Assembly (NCBI GenBank): GCA_000091205.1
Contig: AP006484.2
Reading direction: 5' to 3' (one strand)
Source: Cyanidioschyzon merolae
Taxonomy: Eukaryota
DNA length: 64,000 nt
Made by a program: the position numbers and the translations under genes. The notes below the pieces were generated by a model, which saw nothing but the letters and a program-made list of their open reading frames with translations, was not told the DNA's origin and did not search any database. Position 1 is the first letter of the stretch; every line of letters begins with the position of its first letter. This document shows positions 23,113-34,622 of the stretch, piece by piece.

Positions 23113-24417
23113 ATGGCCCTCTGGTGCCACAACCTTGGCTATTCGCATCAAAGCCAAAGCAGAGAACACCACCACCAAAACAGCAACCACTCCTACAACA
23201 ACCGTTATCGAAAACACCACCGAATCCGAGTGCTGCTGCCTTTGTCTTCTACGACTAGTATTGCAAACGCTGTTGCGGAGACGATCAGCGGTACCGGATA
23301 CGAAGCCGGTGGCGTTTCTGGGCTCTTCTACACCAATAGCGAGCAACGTCCTTGGAACGACGTTGTACATTCGCGTTGCACCGTTATACTCCCTGCGGGC
23401 ATGCTGCTAGGCGCTGACGCCTCTCAAGGCTCTGGTCCAGACCAAGAACAGCTTCTCGTAGAGACGTGGCCTAATGAGTGGCAATGCATTCACCTCCAAC
23501 CCGGAGGTGTCCTACAAACCCGTTTCGGTGCTTTTTTCCACGACGACTTTCGGGGAAAGCGGCAAGCAGGCGACTACTGGTACGCTCGTCGTTCGCGTCG
23601 ACCCGGTGCCTTTCTACGCACGTTGCCCTTTCGCTTCCGAACGACTGTGCCGAACGTCACAAACAGACGCACGCAAGTCATTTACGCACCGGACGTAGCC
23701 TGTCTGCTCGCACGACTTGAGCTGGAGCCTGGCGCTGTCGTCGTCGAGGCCGGAACTGGAAGCGGAGCCTTGACCTGGGCGCTGGCGGTATCGGTTGCTC
23801 CGAACGGACGCGTGCACACCTACGAGTGCCATGAGGATCGTTTCCGTGCAGCTCGGGTGGAACTAACACAACAACTTGGGCACGTTTGGCAACCCTGCTG
23901 GACGCAACGTTCCTGGACACCCGCGCACCTGCTCTACTGTTATCACCAGGATGTGCGCGTGCAACCGTTCTACAGAACGGATAAAGCGGCTGCAACCGAT
24001 ACACGACCGTTGCCGGCCTCAGTGCAGGCCGTGGTGCTCGACATGCCAGAGCCACACCTCGTGGTCGAGCAAGCAGCGGTTGTGCTGCAACCAGGTCTCG
24101 GTGTTTTGGCAGCTTTCTTGCCCAGTGTTGAACAAGTCTGGCGACTACGAAAGGCACTGGGACAGAGCGCCTGTTTCTATGATATCCAGGTGTTGTCGAA
24201 TGTGAGCTGCGTCTGGCAATCGATGCGTCCAGTTCAGCCGCAGGGGTCCCGCATGCCAACGAAAAGCGTCTGGTCCCGCGTCTCGCAACGTTTCCAGCCG
24301 AACGGTGCACACACGGGGTATATTGTGGTTGCACGACGCCAAGCTCGGTTGCTGGACGGAGAGTCGTTGCTTTCAACGTTGGTCGTAGCGGAAAACAAGC
24401 GCGCACGACGTACCTGA
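23113..24417 (+). CDS. TRM61: tRNA (adenine58-N1)-methyltransferase catalytic subunit Trm61/Gcd14 (class I SAM-dependent methyltransferase)
   Basis: RTQVIYAPDVACLLARLELEPGAVVVEAGTGSGALTWALAVSVAPNGRVHTYECHEDRFRAARVE matches Trm61 RTQILYSTDIALI...L.[42 protein letters not shown]. The C-terminal HTGYIVVARR matches HTGYLTFATK. The start is uncertain because the ORF is open upstream through a GTG, and the first ATG is at 23113. Confidence 0.75.
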   Translation: MALWCHNLGYSHQSQSREHHHQNSNHSYNNRYRKHHRIRVLLPLSSTTSIANAVAETISGTGYEAGGVSGLFYTNSEQRPWNDVVHSRCTVILPAGMLLGADASQGSGPDQEQLLVETWPNEWQCIHLQPGGVLQTRFGAFFHDDFRGKRQAGDYWYARRSRRPGAFLRTLPFRFRTTVPNVTNRRTQVIYAPDVACLLARLELEPGAVVVEAGTGSGALTWALAVSVAPNGRVHTYECHEDRFRAARVELTQQLGHVWQPCWTQRSWTPAHLLYCYHQDVRVQPFYRTDKAAATDTRPLPASVQAVVLDMPEPHLVVEQAAVVLQPGLGVLAAFLPSVEQVWRLRKALGQSACFYDIQVLSNVSCVWQSMRPVQPQGSRMPTKSVWSRVSQRFQPNGAHTGYIVVARRQARLLDGESLLSTLVVAENKRARRT

Positions 24418-25966
24418 ACGTACATGTGTTGCTGCAAGGCTCCTGGAACGCTCAACGATGCTGCACGTGAACGGTGTGGGGTCCAGTGCCTCAGCAACGG
24501 GACCTGTTGACACGTTGTGGTGAACTCGAGATTCCATTGATGGTCGATGCTCTACAGATGCTGTGCGGCGTGCATTTGTAAAATGCCTGCACAAAGCCCC
24601 ACAGTCCGTAGCGAGGCTGGCTTGCTTTCCTGGTAGGGTAATGTGATGGCAACGGCATCGAGGTCAGGCGGGCGTGCTTCGTGGTGGCGGGCTGTTTCCA
24701 GCGCATAGCGTCATGCCCGAGGTACTCGGGACGGGGAGCGAACGATTGCTTTCTGGAAGAATCGTCGGATCTGCACAACCTCTCTGGGCTTCCATATTGG
24801 TCTGGAAACCGTGGTGTAACCCCGGAATCCGTTTCGGGGAATGTTCATGTGAGAACGTCGACTGCCTGGCGACGCCAGCTGACCGCGCGCTTCGGTGTCT
24901 GGCGCCTGCCGCTGGCGATAGCGGTTTACCAGGGGCGCTCGCAGCGTGCCGCTGGTATTCGTGGATGTTTTCTCGTTTGGCTCCAGCGTTAGCGCGATAG
25001 AGCGTACTCCGGTGCGATACGTACGCGTGTTGGTGCAGCATGTGCAGCGTAAAGTGGCGCACCATTGTGGATCGTGTACGCATCCCTGGGGCAACGCTCT
25101 TGAGGATTCGATTCCGATCGAAAACTGCGGAATCGCGCCTACGAGTCAGCGTTGCGTTGTGCGTACTCTGGGCAAGGCCGCTATGCGAAAGCACCAGCAG
25201 CGCCTCGACTCACATGGACAGCGACACCAGGTGCCGAGGCTGTCTATGTGTTGTCGTTATTGTGGCTGGTATCCGCTCTGGGAACACAGGTTCATACATC
25301 ATGGTGTCGTGCACGAATGGAACCGCGTTCATTCAGATGGCATTTAGTCTAGGAGTTGTACACCGGGGTGACATGCACAAGTGCCAGCTGGCTTCGGAAA
25401 TTCGCTCTGAAAGCTGCTGGGGAAATAGTGGATTCCTGGAGCATCCCAGGCACCACAGAGAGAGCCAGTACTTGCCTGCAGCATTCATACGCGTATTCGT
25501 CACAAGCGAGGGGCAAGCCTTCGTCCAGGGTTCAAGCTCTCGGATGCCAAGTCGGACGTGAAGAGCTCTGTCTCATGGCGTCCGTTTCATAGGGGAATAG
25601 ATTCTGGGTAAGTGTCTCGTTTATGTGTCAGGATATCGTTGAATGCAGAGAAGCGAAAACCACTAGTCGGTGTACTGAATAAGCAGTGGACTGAATGGAC
25701 GTTTGGGGTACTGCGAAATGGCGAACGCTTGGTACATGCAACTCGATTGGTCATGATAGTTCATGATTAAGGAAAGCGGTTGCCTTGGGCCTGACTTTGG
25801 AAGCGCCTCATCGTTTTCGGAGCATGATCCAATTTACGGATGAGCGCAAGGCAGAAAGCAGCTCGCCAAGCTGGTCATCTATCGCTTGCAACAGATCGAA
25901 AGCAGCATTATCGATCGCTGCCTGTGTGCTCCGGCTCTCATGGATCAACATTTGGGGATATGTCGA

Positions 25967-27271
25967 TTATGGTGTTAGCGAAGAGAGGGTAATCTGGGGG
26001 CGCGGACTCCTGACGCACAGTATGTCCGGCCGCATGGGCGTCTCTTCTGTAACCTGGTTCGCCTCTATTGCGGTGGTCTTCTCGGGGGTCGCGGCGTTCG
26101 GCTCGGGCGCTTGGACGCGCGAGTTCGCGGCTCTGAGAACCTCATTTTCCCTCTGAAGGAAGCGAACGTGCTCCTCAAGCTCGCGCACTCGCTCACCGAG
26201 AAACCGAACATTGGCCAGGAGCAGCTCCTCTGCGTGATGATGAAGGCGTCGTGGTGACGCTCGCAACAAACCGCGATACGCCATCGACTCGCTCTCACCA
26301 GCCTGCTCGTTTCGGTTTCCTGCTTCGATGCGCGATGGCGCCGACGCTCGGCAGGTCCGCCGTGGCGGCGTTCCGATCATGTCATCCGGGCTGAAATAGC
26401 TTATGCTGCTCTTGCGTTGATGCGAGGAGAGCTTCCATCGAAGACGTTGCTGTCGTTTTTCGTGCATTTCTAGAGCAGATTCTCCGGTTTCAGAAGCGGC
26501 GGCATAGACTTCAATGGGATCCCACGCGCGGTTTTCAGACTGTGCGCAGTTATCGGAGGACGCCTTCTCAGAAGATAGCTCCTGCGCCACAGATGCACAC
26601 GCAGACTCGCATTGCGGAACGGATACGACAGCGTCCAGCTGTGAATTCGTGGACTCGGCAGCAAAGGATGCTCTGCGAGTCGGCTCTATTTCAACAGGAG
26701 CTGTAGATACCTTCTTGCTACTCCAAAACTCGATGACGTGCGGCGGTAAAGCCTCACCCCATGATTCCGTGTTTTGCACGGGGCGCAGCGGGTAACGAAA
26801 GCTCGAGCTCGGTATTCTTCCTATGCATGTACGAGATCTGAGCTGGTCTTTCGTTAAGAAATAGAGTCGCTTGGCCGGCGAAGCTCGCGATATGCGGCAA
26901 CTACTTCTCTCGTTGCACTCATCGCCGCGGGTTGTCTCTAGTAGAGCTGCATCGCCGTCAGGAGGTCTTTGCGCGGGCGCCGGTGACGGCGGCGTCGACA
27001 GTGCAAGTTTGAGTGCGCTTCCGGTGGCTGGCACGCTGACACTGGGCAAAAAAACAGGGACCGGCGAACGACTCAGTTGCGACTTTGTTGGCTTCCGCGA
27101 CCCCGTCCCAAGCGCGATATTCAACTGGACGAGTGGTGTACCAGGTGGCGCATCGACGGCAGCGCCTTGACCGGGCATCAGAGAGGTGTTTTCAACCTCG
27201 TGATCTGTGGATGCTAGAGGTGTCCAAGCAGATGACTTGTACCGTCTCGAATAAATCTTCGAGCGGGGCAT
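25967..27271 (-). CDS. Hypothetical protein with C-terminal coiled-coil / leucine-zipper-like segment
   Basis: ATG start and a 434-aa ORF. The C-terminal LANVRFLGERVRELEEHVRFLQRENEVLRAANSRV has heptad character. No family assigned. Confidence 0.4.
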   Translation of the reverse strand: MPRSKIYSRRYKSSAWTPLASTDHEVENTSLMPGQGAAVDAPPGTPLVQLNIALGTGSRKPTKSQLSRSPVPVFLPSVSVPATGSALKLALSTPPSPAPAQRPPDGDAALLETTRGDECNERSSCRISRASPAKRLYFLTKDQLRSRTCIGRIPSSSFRYPLRPVQNTESWGEALPPHVIEFWSSKKVSTAPVEIEPTRRASFAAESTNSQLDAVVSVPQCESACASVAQELSSEKASSDNCAQSENRAWDPIEVYAAASETGESALEMHEKRQQRLRWKLSSHQRKSSISYFSPDDMIGTPPRRTCRASAPSRIEAGNRNEQAGESESMAYRGLLRASPRRLHHHAEELLLANVRFLGERVRELEEHVRFLQRENEVLRAANSRVQAPEPNAATPEKTTAIEANQVTEETPMRPDILCVRSPRPQITLSSLTP

Positions 27272-28057
27272 CAGATCAGAAGGGTGGCGACTCGGTGTGC
27301 CAACCGTGCAGCCCCCGGACAGCTATTGCCTTGGCGTGTCTAGCACTTGACAGAGAGATAACCGCCAGATCGCTAGTTTGAATTGCCGGCGGACTGGCCG
27401 CGCCCGCCGTCTGCGCTCGCCCAAGCTGGCTCGCGCTGCGTTTCGACCCCCGCGGGAATTCGTGCCTGAGCGGCGCGCTGTTCTCAGTATCGCTCCGACG
27501 CGGAGTTCTGCTCTGAACGCAGCTTTTTTTCGAGGTGCAACGCGGTGTCGTGCTTGGGCGTCGCAGCGCTAGCCGCCCGGCCTCGAGCAAGACAGCTCGA
27601 TATGCCGCGTGGCTGCTACGACGTCGTTTACCGTGCCGAGACTAGGTCGCTCGCGTGCCGCGGACAAGGCGATAGCTTGTTCGTGCGGGAGGAATGCAGA
27701 ACCTAACCAGAGACTTTGGTTAAAAAGCAGCACGAACCGTGCTCGATGTCGACGGCGCCCGCACAGCTCAGGCAGATAATCGCTGTGCACAGCAACGTGC
27801 AGGCGCAACTGCAGGCCTGCGAAGTCGAGCATTCGGGCGCTGACTCGGAGCGCAAAGCAGCACGCAAGAACGACAAGTACTGGTCAGGGAGTGCGCAGTG
27901 TGCACGCACGCAAAATTCCCACAGCGCTCTAGTGAAGTGCGCTTGGAATGCTCGCTGCGCACCTGTACCCTGCACAGCACCAGTGCCGTCGTGCGCCTGG
28001 TGCCGCGTTGCGCGCAAGTTTGCAGGTGCACGCATATGGGCATGCACGCATAGCCGA

Positions 28058-28118
28058 ATGTACACGTGTCCCAGTGCATGCATTGTCGACTGTACACGTG
28101 TCCCAGTGCATGCATGCG
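28058..28118. repeat. Direct repeat of tgtacacgtgtcccagtgcatgcat (2 copies) inside a 0.7-kb low-complexity GCACG/TGCA-rich tract (27700-28400)
   Basis: Identical 25-mers at 28058 and 28091. Surrounding ORFs on both strands overlap extensively and look like repeat artefacts. Confidence 0.5.
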
Positions 28119-28861
28119 TGCTTCACGGCACGACAGCTGTGTATTCCTCTCTAGATATATGCAGTACGCATTTGCGCTCGCTGCAAGCGTATCGCGGAGC
28201 ACAGACGCACTGTACACGAGCAATATGCACGCAAACGCGGACCGTCTGCTCCGTCCTTGCACATGGTTTTCGTATGGAGCAGAGAGAGCGTCGTTGATTT
28301 CGCGCTGAGGTCGCCCGGAGCCCAGTAGCAGACATATCCGCTTTGAGAGCCGTCACCGGGAGCATACCATTGCAGCCGCATGCTTCTCTTGGCAGTATGG
28401 GATCGGTGTCCGATTCGAATGCTGCTGGTATGGGGGCATAAGGTTCAGGGCTTTACGCCGAGCAGGATCTCGGAATGACCTATACACCGCGCGCGCTAGC
28501 AATAACACCTACAGCATGGCTAGCGCACTGGTTCGAAGCGCCTGCGGATGCAACGGCGAGCATTGCATATCGACAACATCCAATAGGGTCTTGATAGGCT
28601 CGGGCACGCCCCGCATGCAACTTTCGACACATTTTCGAGGCCGTTCACGGGACGTATGCAGCTTGGCGGCGGCATGCCCTCAGCGTCGTAGAACGAACGC
28701 GAGGCAACAGAGGCAGCAGGCGCAACCACAGGCACGATCGCTGCCGACAAAGCCGATACCGCTGGAATCCCGTCGCTGTGCCGTTGCAACGCTTCGATGC
28801 GGCGCGCTTCCGCCCGATCACGTCGTTTTGTGGTGACTCGCACGCGCCACTGAGAAAGCGG

Positions 28862-30298
28862 TCATGTGTCTTGGGTGCAGGCATCGGGCAGGCAGCGGCA
28901 GATGGGCGCGAAACTCCGCGGCATGCGCTCTACGTGTTGTGGCGTCACCAGGTGGCATTCTGGTGCTGGCGAAGGCGTCGGTATATGACGTACCGTCGAT
29001 TGCTCTCTGGCGTCGCGTTCGCTACACGGCTCGGAAGAGCGTCGACTGCAAGCGCAGTCACTGTCGTTCCCGATTTCACTGACCCGATGGCTCTGGGCTG
29101 CTGACAGAAACCGCAGCGCTGCCGGAGCGCTGCTCCAGCACGTTGGCCCAGGTCCAGCACTCTCGCTCGGACACGGAGCGCTTATCGGCGTTCTCGGTAG
29201 CTGCAAATCACCTGCGCCATCACGATACTGAGAACGAGCGAGAAACTCCTTGCGCTCGAGACGTGAACAAGCATCGGACCATTGGATGAATGCAGACTGC
29301 CGACGACGCAAAGCGCCGCTCCGATCCAACAAATGCGTCGAATTGGTTCCAACATAGTCTCTTTCAAGAGAAGGATGCAGCCAATGACGACCACACGTCT
29401 GACAACGTAGATCAGCACGCTGCAAGGCCCTTCGATTTCTCTCTGCGTGGGCGTATCGCCCGAGCACCACGAGCAAGTCCCAAAGGCCAAATGCAGGCCA
29501 CATGGCGTCCACGAATTCGAGTTGCGCCTCTCGCCCACAAGTCTCACACGCCGACAGTTGCCAGAGCAAAAAGTCAGATAAGCGCGGTTCTGCAGACGTT
29601 CGCACAAGTAAATCCACCTGTGCTGAATATGCGCGTTCAAGGGCATTATTCCAGGCGGGGTCCGAATTCCACATCAGGGCACTGAAAAGCGTCGCATCCA
29701 CGTCCACGGGCCGAAGCATCTCTTTTCGAATACCGCATCGTACCTGCTCCATCACCTTTTCCATCTCTTCACGACCACTGTATGCGACACAAATGTTGAG
29801 CAGGCAGCGATTTTCCGCTCCAAGACGACTCGTGACCACTTCGTCATCAAATGCGTTGATCTCTTCCGCCAGACAACGAACGCGTACGGGTAACATGGAC
29901 AGTGCGCCAACAATTCGAATACGCACACCATGCTGATGCAGCAGCTTTCCCAGCCGCTGGGTGTCTACATCAACGGGAGCAGACTCGAGGACCTCCCCAC
30001 GCAGCGCCCGCAGAATGAGCTCGAACCGACTCTCCGCCAGCGCCATCAAAGCTGCGACCTCGTCCTCCGAGCGCTTAAAGTTTTCAACTGCAAAAGCGAA
30101 CACGCTCACATACTGGATGCCAGCGTCGAAACACCACTGCGCTGTTTGAATCAGTTTCGAAGAGCCACGCGGGTGACCGGCATACGGCTCCAGGCGGTGT
30201 TGCCGTGCCCAGCGGCGGTTGCCGTCCATAATGAACGCCACGTGACGTGGTAGGTATGCGCTTAGTAAACCGAAAAGTTGGCGGCGCATCCAGTCCAT
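28862..30298 (-). CDS. Dehydrodolichyl diphosphate synthase / cis-prenyltransferase (UPP-synthase family) with about 190-aa C-terminal extension
   Basis: PRHVAFIMDGNRRWA matches the cis-IPTase signature (HVAFIMDGNRRYA). The C-terminal core motifs ...LLVRTSAEPRLSDFLLWQLS...EF and NICVAYSGREE are present. The ORF tool's start is TTG, so the ATG at 30298 (MDWMRRQL...) is the likely start. Confidence 0.8.
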   Translation of the reverse strand: MDWMRRQLFGLLSAYLPRHVAFIMDGNRRWARQHRLEPYAGHPRGSSKLIQTAQWCFDAGIQYVSVFAFAVENFKRSEDEVAALMALAESRFELILRALRGEVLESAPVDVDTQRLGKLLHQHGVRIRIVGALSMLPVRVRCLAEEINAFDDEVVTSRLGAENRCLLNICVAYSGREEMEKVMEQVRCGIRKEMLRPVDVDATLFSALMWNSDPAWNNALERAYSAQVDLLVRTSAEPRLSDFLLWQLSACETCGREAQLEFVDAMWPAFGLWDLLVVLGRYAHAERNRRALQRADLRCQTCGRHWLHPSLERDYVGTNSTHLLDRSGALRRRQSAFIQWSDACSRLERKEFLARSQYRDGAGDLQLPRTPISAPCPSESAGPGPTCWSSAPAALRFLSAAQSHRVSEIGNDSDCACSRRSSEPCSERDAREQSTVRHIPTPSPAPECHLVTPQHVERMPRSFAPICRCLPDACTQDT

Positions 30299-31754
30299 TG
30301 TATACCGCACGCTGTTTTCAGAAAACGAAGGCAAAGCTAGCCAGTGTTCCCGGTGCCTGCAGTGCTTGAGAGTGGGTGCTTCTCGCACCGCTTCTGAAGC
30401 AGACAAGGGCGAAAGTCAACCGGGAAAAGAGCGACAGCAGTTGCTCCGGAGCAAGTTGAGTTCCCGATGCTACCGATCACAAGCGGTGAGTGTTCACAGC
30501 GACCTGGGACTGGCAGTGGAAGCGAACGCCTCGCACTGCAGAGAAAGCACTGGCTGAGCTGATGGCGAACAAACGGCGCTTCTGAACGCGTTGTTGTCAA
30601 TGTCGAGTACCGGTTTGCAGGCGAAACGCGAAGAGGTCTACGTTGCTGTGGAGCAGGAGCTGCTTCTTCTCGTTTCGTACATGGTTTAGCGTGCATTGCA
30701 AGTGAATGGACCGATGGGTTTCCGTGAAGGACTCAAAAGCGTGACTGTTCCTTGGTTGCGAGCGTGCCAAGCGCGTAGGGAGGTTTCTGGGCCCCGTTCC
30801 CGCCTTGGGGTGCTGTTTCAGGATCGGGTTACCTTCGCTTGAAAGCGACAATTCGCCAGTTGTAGATGATTTTTGAAGATTTATAAGCACGACATCCATT
30901 AAACATCTTGTTGACAATATGTTCGTGAACAAGGAAACTCGATGAACGTTTTGTGACCGGCGGCGCTACCGTCGTTGCACTGGTGTCGGCAAGTACTCAG
31001 TCTGCGGTGGACAGGCGCGAACTGGCCCCGCACAAGCCTATGACAACGACATCGTCCGATACCACGACCTTCAAGTCACAGGAACGGCGATCGGCACCAG
31101 TACTTCTCGTGCAGCCTGGCTGCGCTTAGACCGACGAAGAGTCCCGGCCCGGTGCATCCCGCCTGTAGCCTACACTCATGGAGACTCTGCAAACGTTCTC
31201 TGTCGCTGTGCGACAACTGCAACACAGACGTATCACCCGAGGTCGCATGGAGCGGCTGAGGCTCGCCCAGCAACCCCGAGAAGGTCGCTGGATCGACCGA
31301 CTCTGTTTTCATCGATGAAGGCGTGCTCTGCAACAAGTATGGTACGCAGAGGAGTACCTGGGTGGACTCGAGTCTCTTTCGTGTCCTCTACTGGCACTTG
31401 CGTATTGAGAAATACCCTGATGAGGATCATTGCTTTAAAATTCTAAAAGATTGCTCCGCCATCGCTTCTCCTCCTCCTCATCGTCCTCTTCCTCGTGGAA
31501 AGCATGCAGTGCGATGACGGTGCACAGACGCGTATCTGGACGCACTGACGTCTCTATTAAGTCCTCTGCTGGCATCTACGTATTCAGCAACACCCTCTTT
31601 AGGTTCCTTGATGTCGCAACATCATCATCAATGTCCTCTAGTGCGGGGCTAACGCTCAAAATGGACGAGCAGCGAGCCGCTCCCCCTGGATCGCTGCGGC
31701 ACCAGGACAGGCCAGTACACCACACAGACCCGTTCATAACACACGACACGACTT

Positions 31755-31776
31755 CACACACACACACACACACACG
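31755..31776. repeat. (CA)n microsatellite
   Basis: cacacacacacacacacacac read directly. Confidence 0.8.
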
Positions 31777-32012
31777 TGTTGTGTGCTGGTGACACACCGG
31801 ACCTCGGAAGCGAGCCAGAGCGCTGCAGAGAACACTGAACTGATACACGCTGCTGTTCGGGTGTTTTCGTGTTGAGAACGGTGTGCGAGTGGAGTAACGC
31901 TACTGCGTCGTGACGTGGTCCAGTGCGACGCTGGACCGAACGTTAGCTCGATTGCTTCGCTCGTTGTGGCAGGAGCCTCTGCACGAGGCGTTTCATCAAC
32001 GTCTTGCACTTT

Positions 32013-32552
32013 ATGGTTAAGATGAGAAGTCCTTCGTGTGCGTACCTGGCACTGCCTGCTCCTAACAGCACCCTGCGACATGGGAGCAGGCGGTGCCGCC
32101 ACGCTCTCCAGTGTGCACGCCCGCGTCCTGAACGAGCAGCCGTGCTAGGGACTGCGTCAGCGACGCGCTACCGCAGGGAGCATGCGCGTTTCCTTGTCGC
32201 TTGTGGGGCGCGCGCTCTAGATACCCCCGATCCTGAGGACGACCTCGGGGGCTTCTCACGGAGCGGAAGCGCTTCCCCAGCCACGGACGCCCATTGCAAG
32301 GCAACAGAGCCGGTCAGCGACTCGAAGATCGCTGGTGAGGCTCAGCCTGCACCTGCGGACGCACGCGACACCGCTGAGGTATCAGAGCTGACTGGTGCGA
32401 CCGACGCATCCAAGACATCCGAGTGGTCTATTCGTACCCCGAATACAAGAAGAGGGACGAATATCACGAATGCGATGCCCGTTGAGGAGCCGATCAATCT
32501 TTCATTCGGTTCATCCGTCATGATACCAGAGCATCAGCATACGAACGGAGAG

Positions 32553-32584
<32 letters not shown>

Positions 32585-34247
32585 TGGTGCTGGTGCCAAC
32601 GAAACACGCCCTCGGAGCCCAGATCCGTACGAGTGGCCTATCGCGAACTTTCAAGCCTCGAATTTGAGTTGGATTTCAGCGGCAGAAATGACACAATGGA
32701 CGCAACAAGAAATGGCTTCCAAGCTCGGGATATCGAATGCGTCCGAGACGCGACCAACAGCAGTCCCGCCTTTACCAAATAGTTGCGATGCGTTTGTTGC
32801 CTTTCTCCGGAACTGTTCACCCTACATCTATGCCCATCGAAACAAGACGTTTGTGATTCATATTCCAGGGCAAATGCTCCTCGATCGGGCCCTTTTTGAA
32901 TCATTTATGCAGGATGTGGCGCTCATCAAAAGCCTTGGCGTCCGAGTGATCCTCGTAGGCGGCTGTCGTCCGCAGGTAGATCGCGCGCTTGAACGTTACG
33001 GCATTCAGCAGCGCTTCGTTCGCGGTACCCGCATCAGCTCGCCGGAAGTGATGCAGGCTGTTCTCGAAGCGAGCGGGTATGTGCGCTTCTCCATCGAGAG
33101 TGCACTGCAGAGGCGACCCAGCAACAGTGTCTCGCTCCGCACGCCGAACGTGGTATCGGGAAACTTCTTCACTGCTCAACCCGTTGGCGTTGTTGAAGGC
33201 GTCGATTTCGGGTACACCGGAAAAGTCCGGAAAATCGATGTGCAGAAGATCATGAAGCGCCTCGATGAGGATGAGATCGTGATTCTCAGCAACGTTGGAT
33301 TCGCTCCGAGTGGTGCGCTTTTTAATTGTCAGAGCGAGGAAGTGGCTAGCTCGTGTGCATCTCAGCTGCAAGCCGACAAGCTCATCTTTATGACGGACGG
33401 TGAGATGCTCGCTGATTTGCGAACGCGAACGATTATGCACAATGTGCCGCTTCGGGCTGCCATGGAGTTTTTGCAGCTGAATGGGCAAGCGAGTCCGTAC
33501 GACGCGAATGCAAGTGCGACGACGTCAACGTCAACGTCAACGATGACACCAGCAAAGAGCATGACGCAGCAAGTGGATGAACCCCGAGCTTCGCGTCCGA
33601 TGCCAGAGCGCTTTCACGTGTGCCTGCAGGAGAGCGTTCGCGCGCTCCGCGGTGGTGTCACCCGAGCGCACCTGATCAACATGTTCGTAGACGGAGCGAT
33701 CCTTATTGAACTGTACACGAGAGATGGCGTTGGTCTCATGATCAGTCGCGATATCTACGAGGGTATACGAAGCGCGAAAATCTCCGATATTCCCGGTATC
33801 ATGGAACTGATCCGGCCACTACAGGAGGAAGGCATTCTGGTACCGCGCTCACGCGAAGCGCTCGAGGCTGAAATCCATCGCTTTCTCGTTGTGGTTCGTG
33901 ACGGTATGGTGACTGCTTGTGCGGCGCTGGTACCGTACGGCTCTGGTGAGGCAGCAGAGATTGCGTGTTTCGTGGTGAGTCCTCAGTACCGGGGTCGTGG
34001 CAAGGGCGACGCGTTGCTGGGCTTTCTGGAACGCCGAGCACTCTCCCAGGGTATTCGACGAGTTTTTATTCTGAGTGTGCGCGCTTTTCACTGGTTCCTA
34101 GAGCGCGGTTTCCGGGAAGGAACCATTGATGACTTGCCGCCGGAAAAACGCAAAACATATAACTTTCATCGGAGATCCAAGATCTACATCAAAGACCTGA
34201 TCTCACAGCGAGAGGTTGACGAAGAAGAGCTGCTGCGTGGTTTGTAG
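32013..34247 (+). CDS. N-acetylglutamate synthase, ArgA type (amino-acid-kinase domain + C-terminal GNAT acetyltransferase), with about 250-aa Arg-rich/poly-Ala N-terminal extension
   Basis: NKTFVIHIPGQMLLDRALFESFMQDVALIKSLGVRVILVGGCRPQVDRALERYG aligns with E. coli ArgA [54 protein letters not shown]. The C-terminal GNAT block reads CFVVSPQYRGRGKGDALLGFLERRA. The first ATG is at 32013, since the tool started at TTG 32004. Confidence 0.85.
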
Positions 34248-34622
34248 AATGCGATGCGAGCGCCGGTCTAGTGAGCGCCCCGTGTCGATCGGTATCTGCA
34301 AGACGCTTTGTATCGTGCCGATAAGCGCTGCAAAGGCTTGTGGAATAAGCCTGGAGCACCAGGCTTGCTGGAGCCGGAGCAGCGTGCCGGCTGTCGCGAA
34401 GCACCGCAGAAACGATGCAGCAGTACGCAGATGCCAAACGAGAACAAGCGTCATGGTAGCGATTTGTTTCGCGTGAATAATCCCCTGGGATGCTATTCGT
34501 GTTGTCGCTGTCTCGTTGAATCAACAGGTGCTTTCCGGTCGCTCGCGCTCCATTGCCAGAGATGTTCATTGTCCAAGGCGATAAAAATACGCTTCAAACG
34601 TCGCGCATCCAGCCGACACCAA

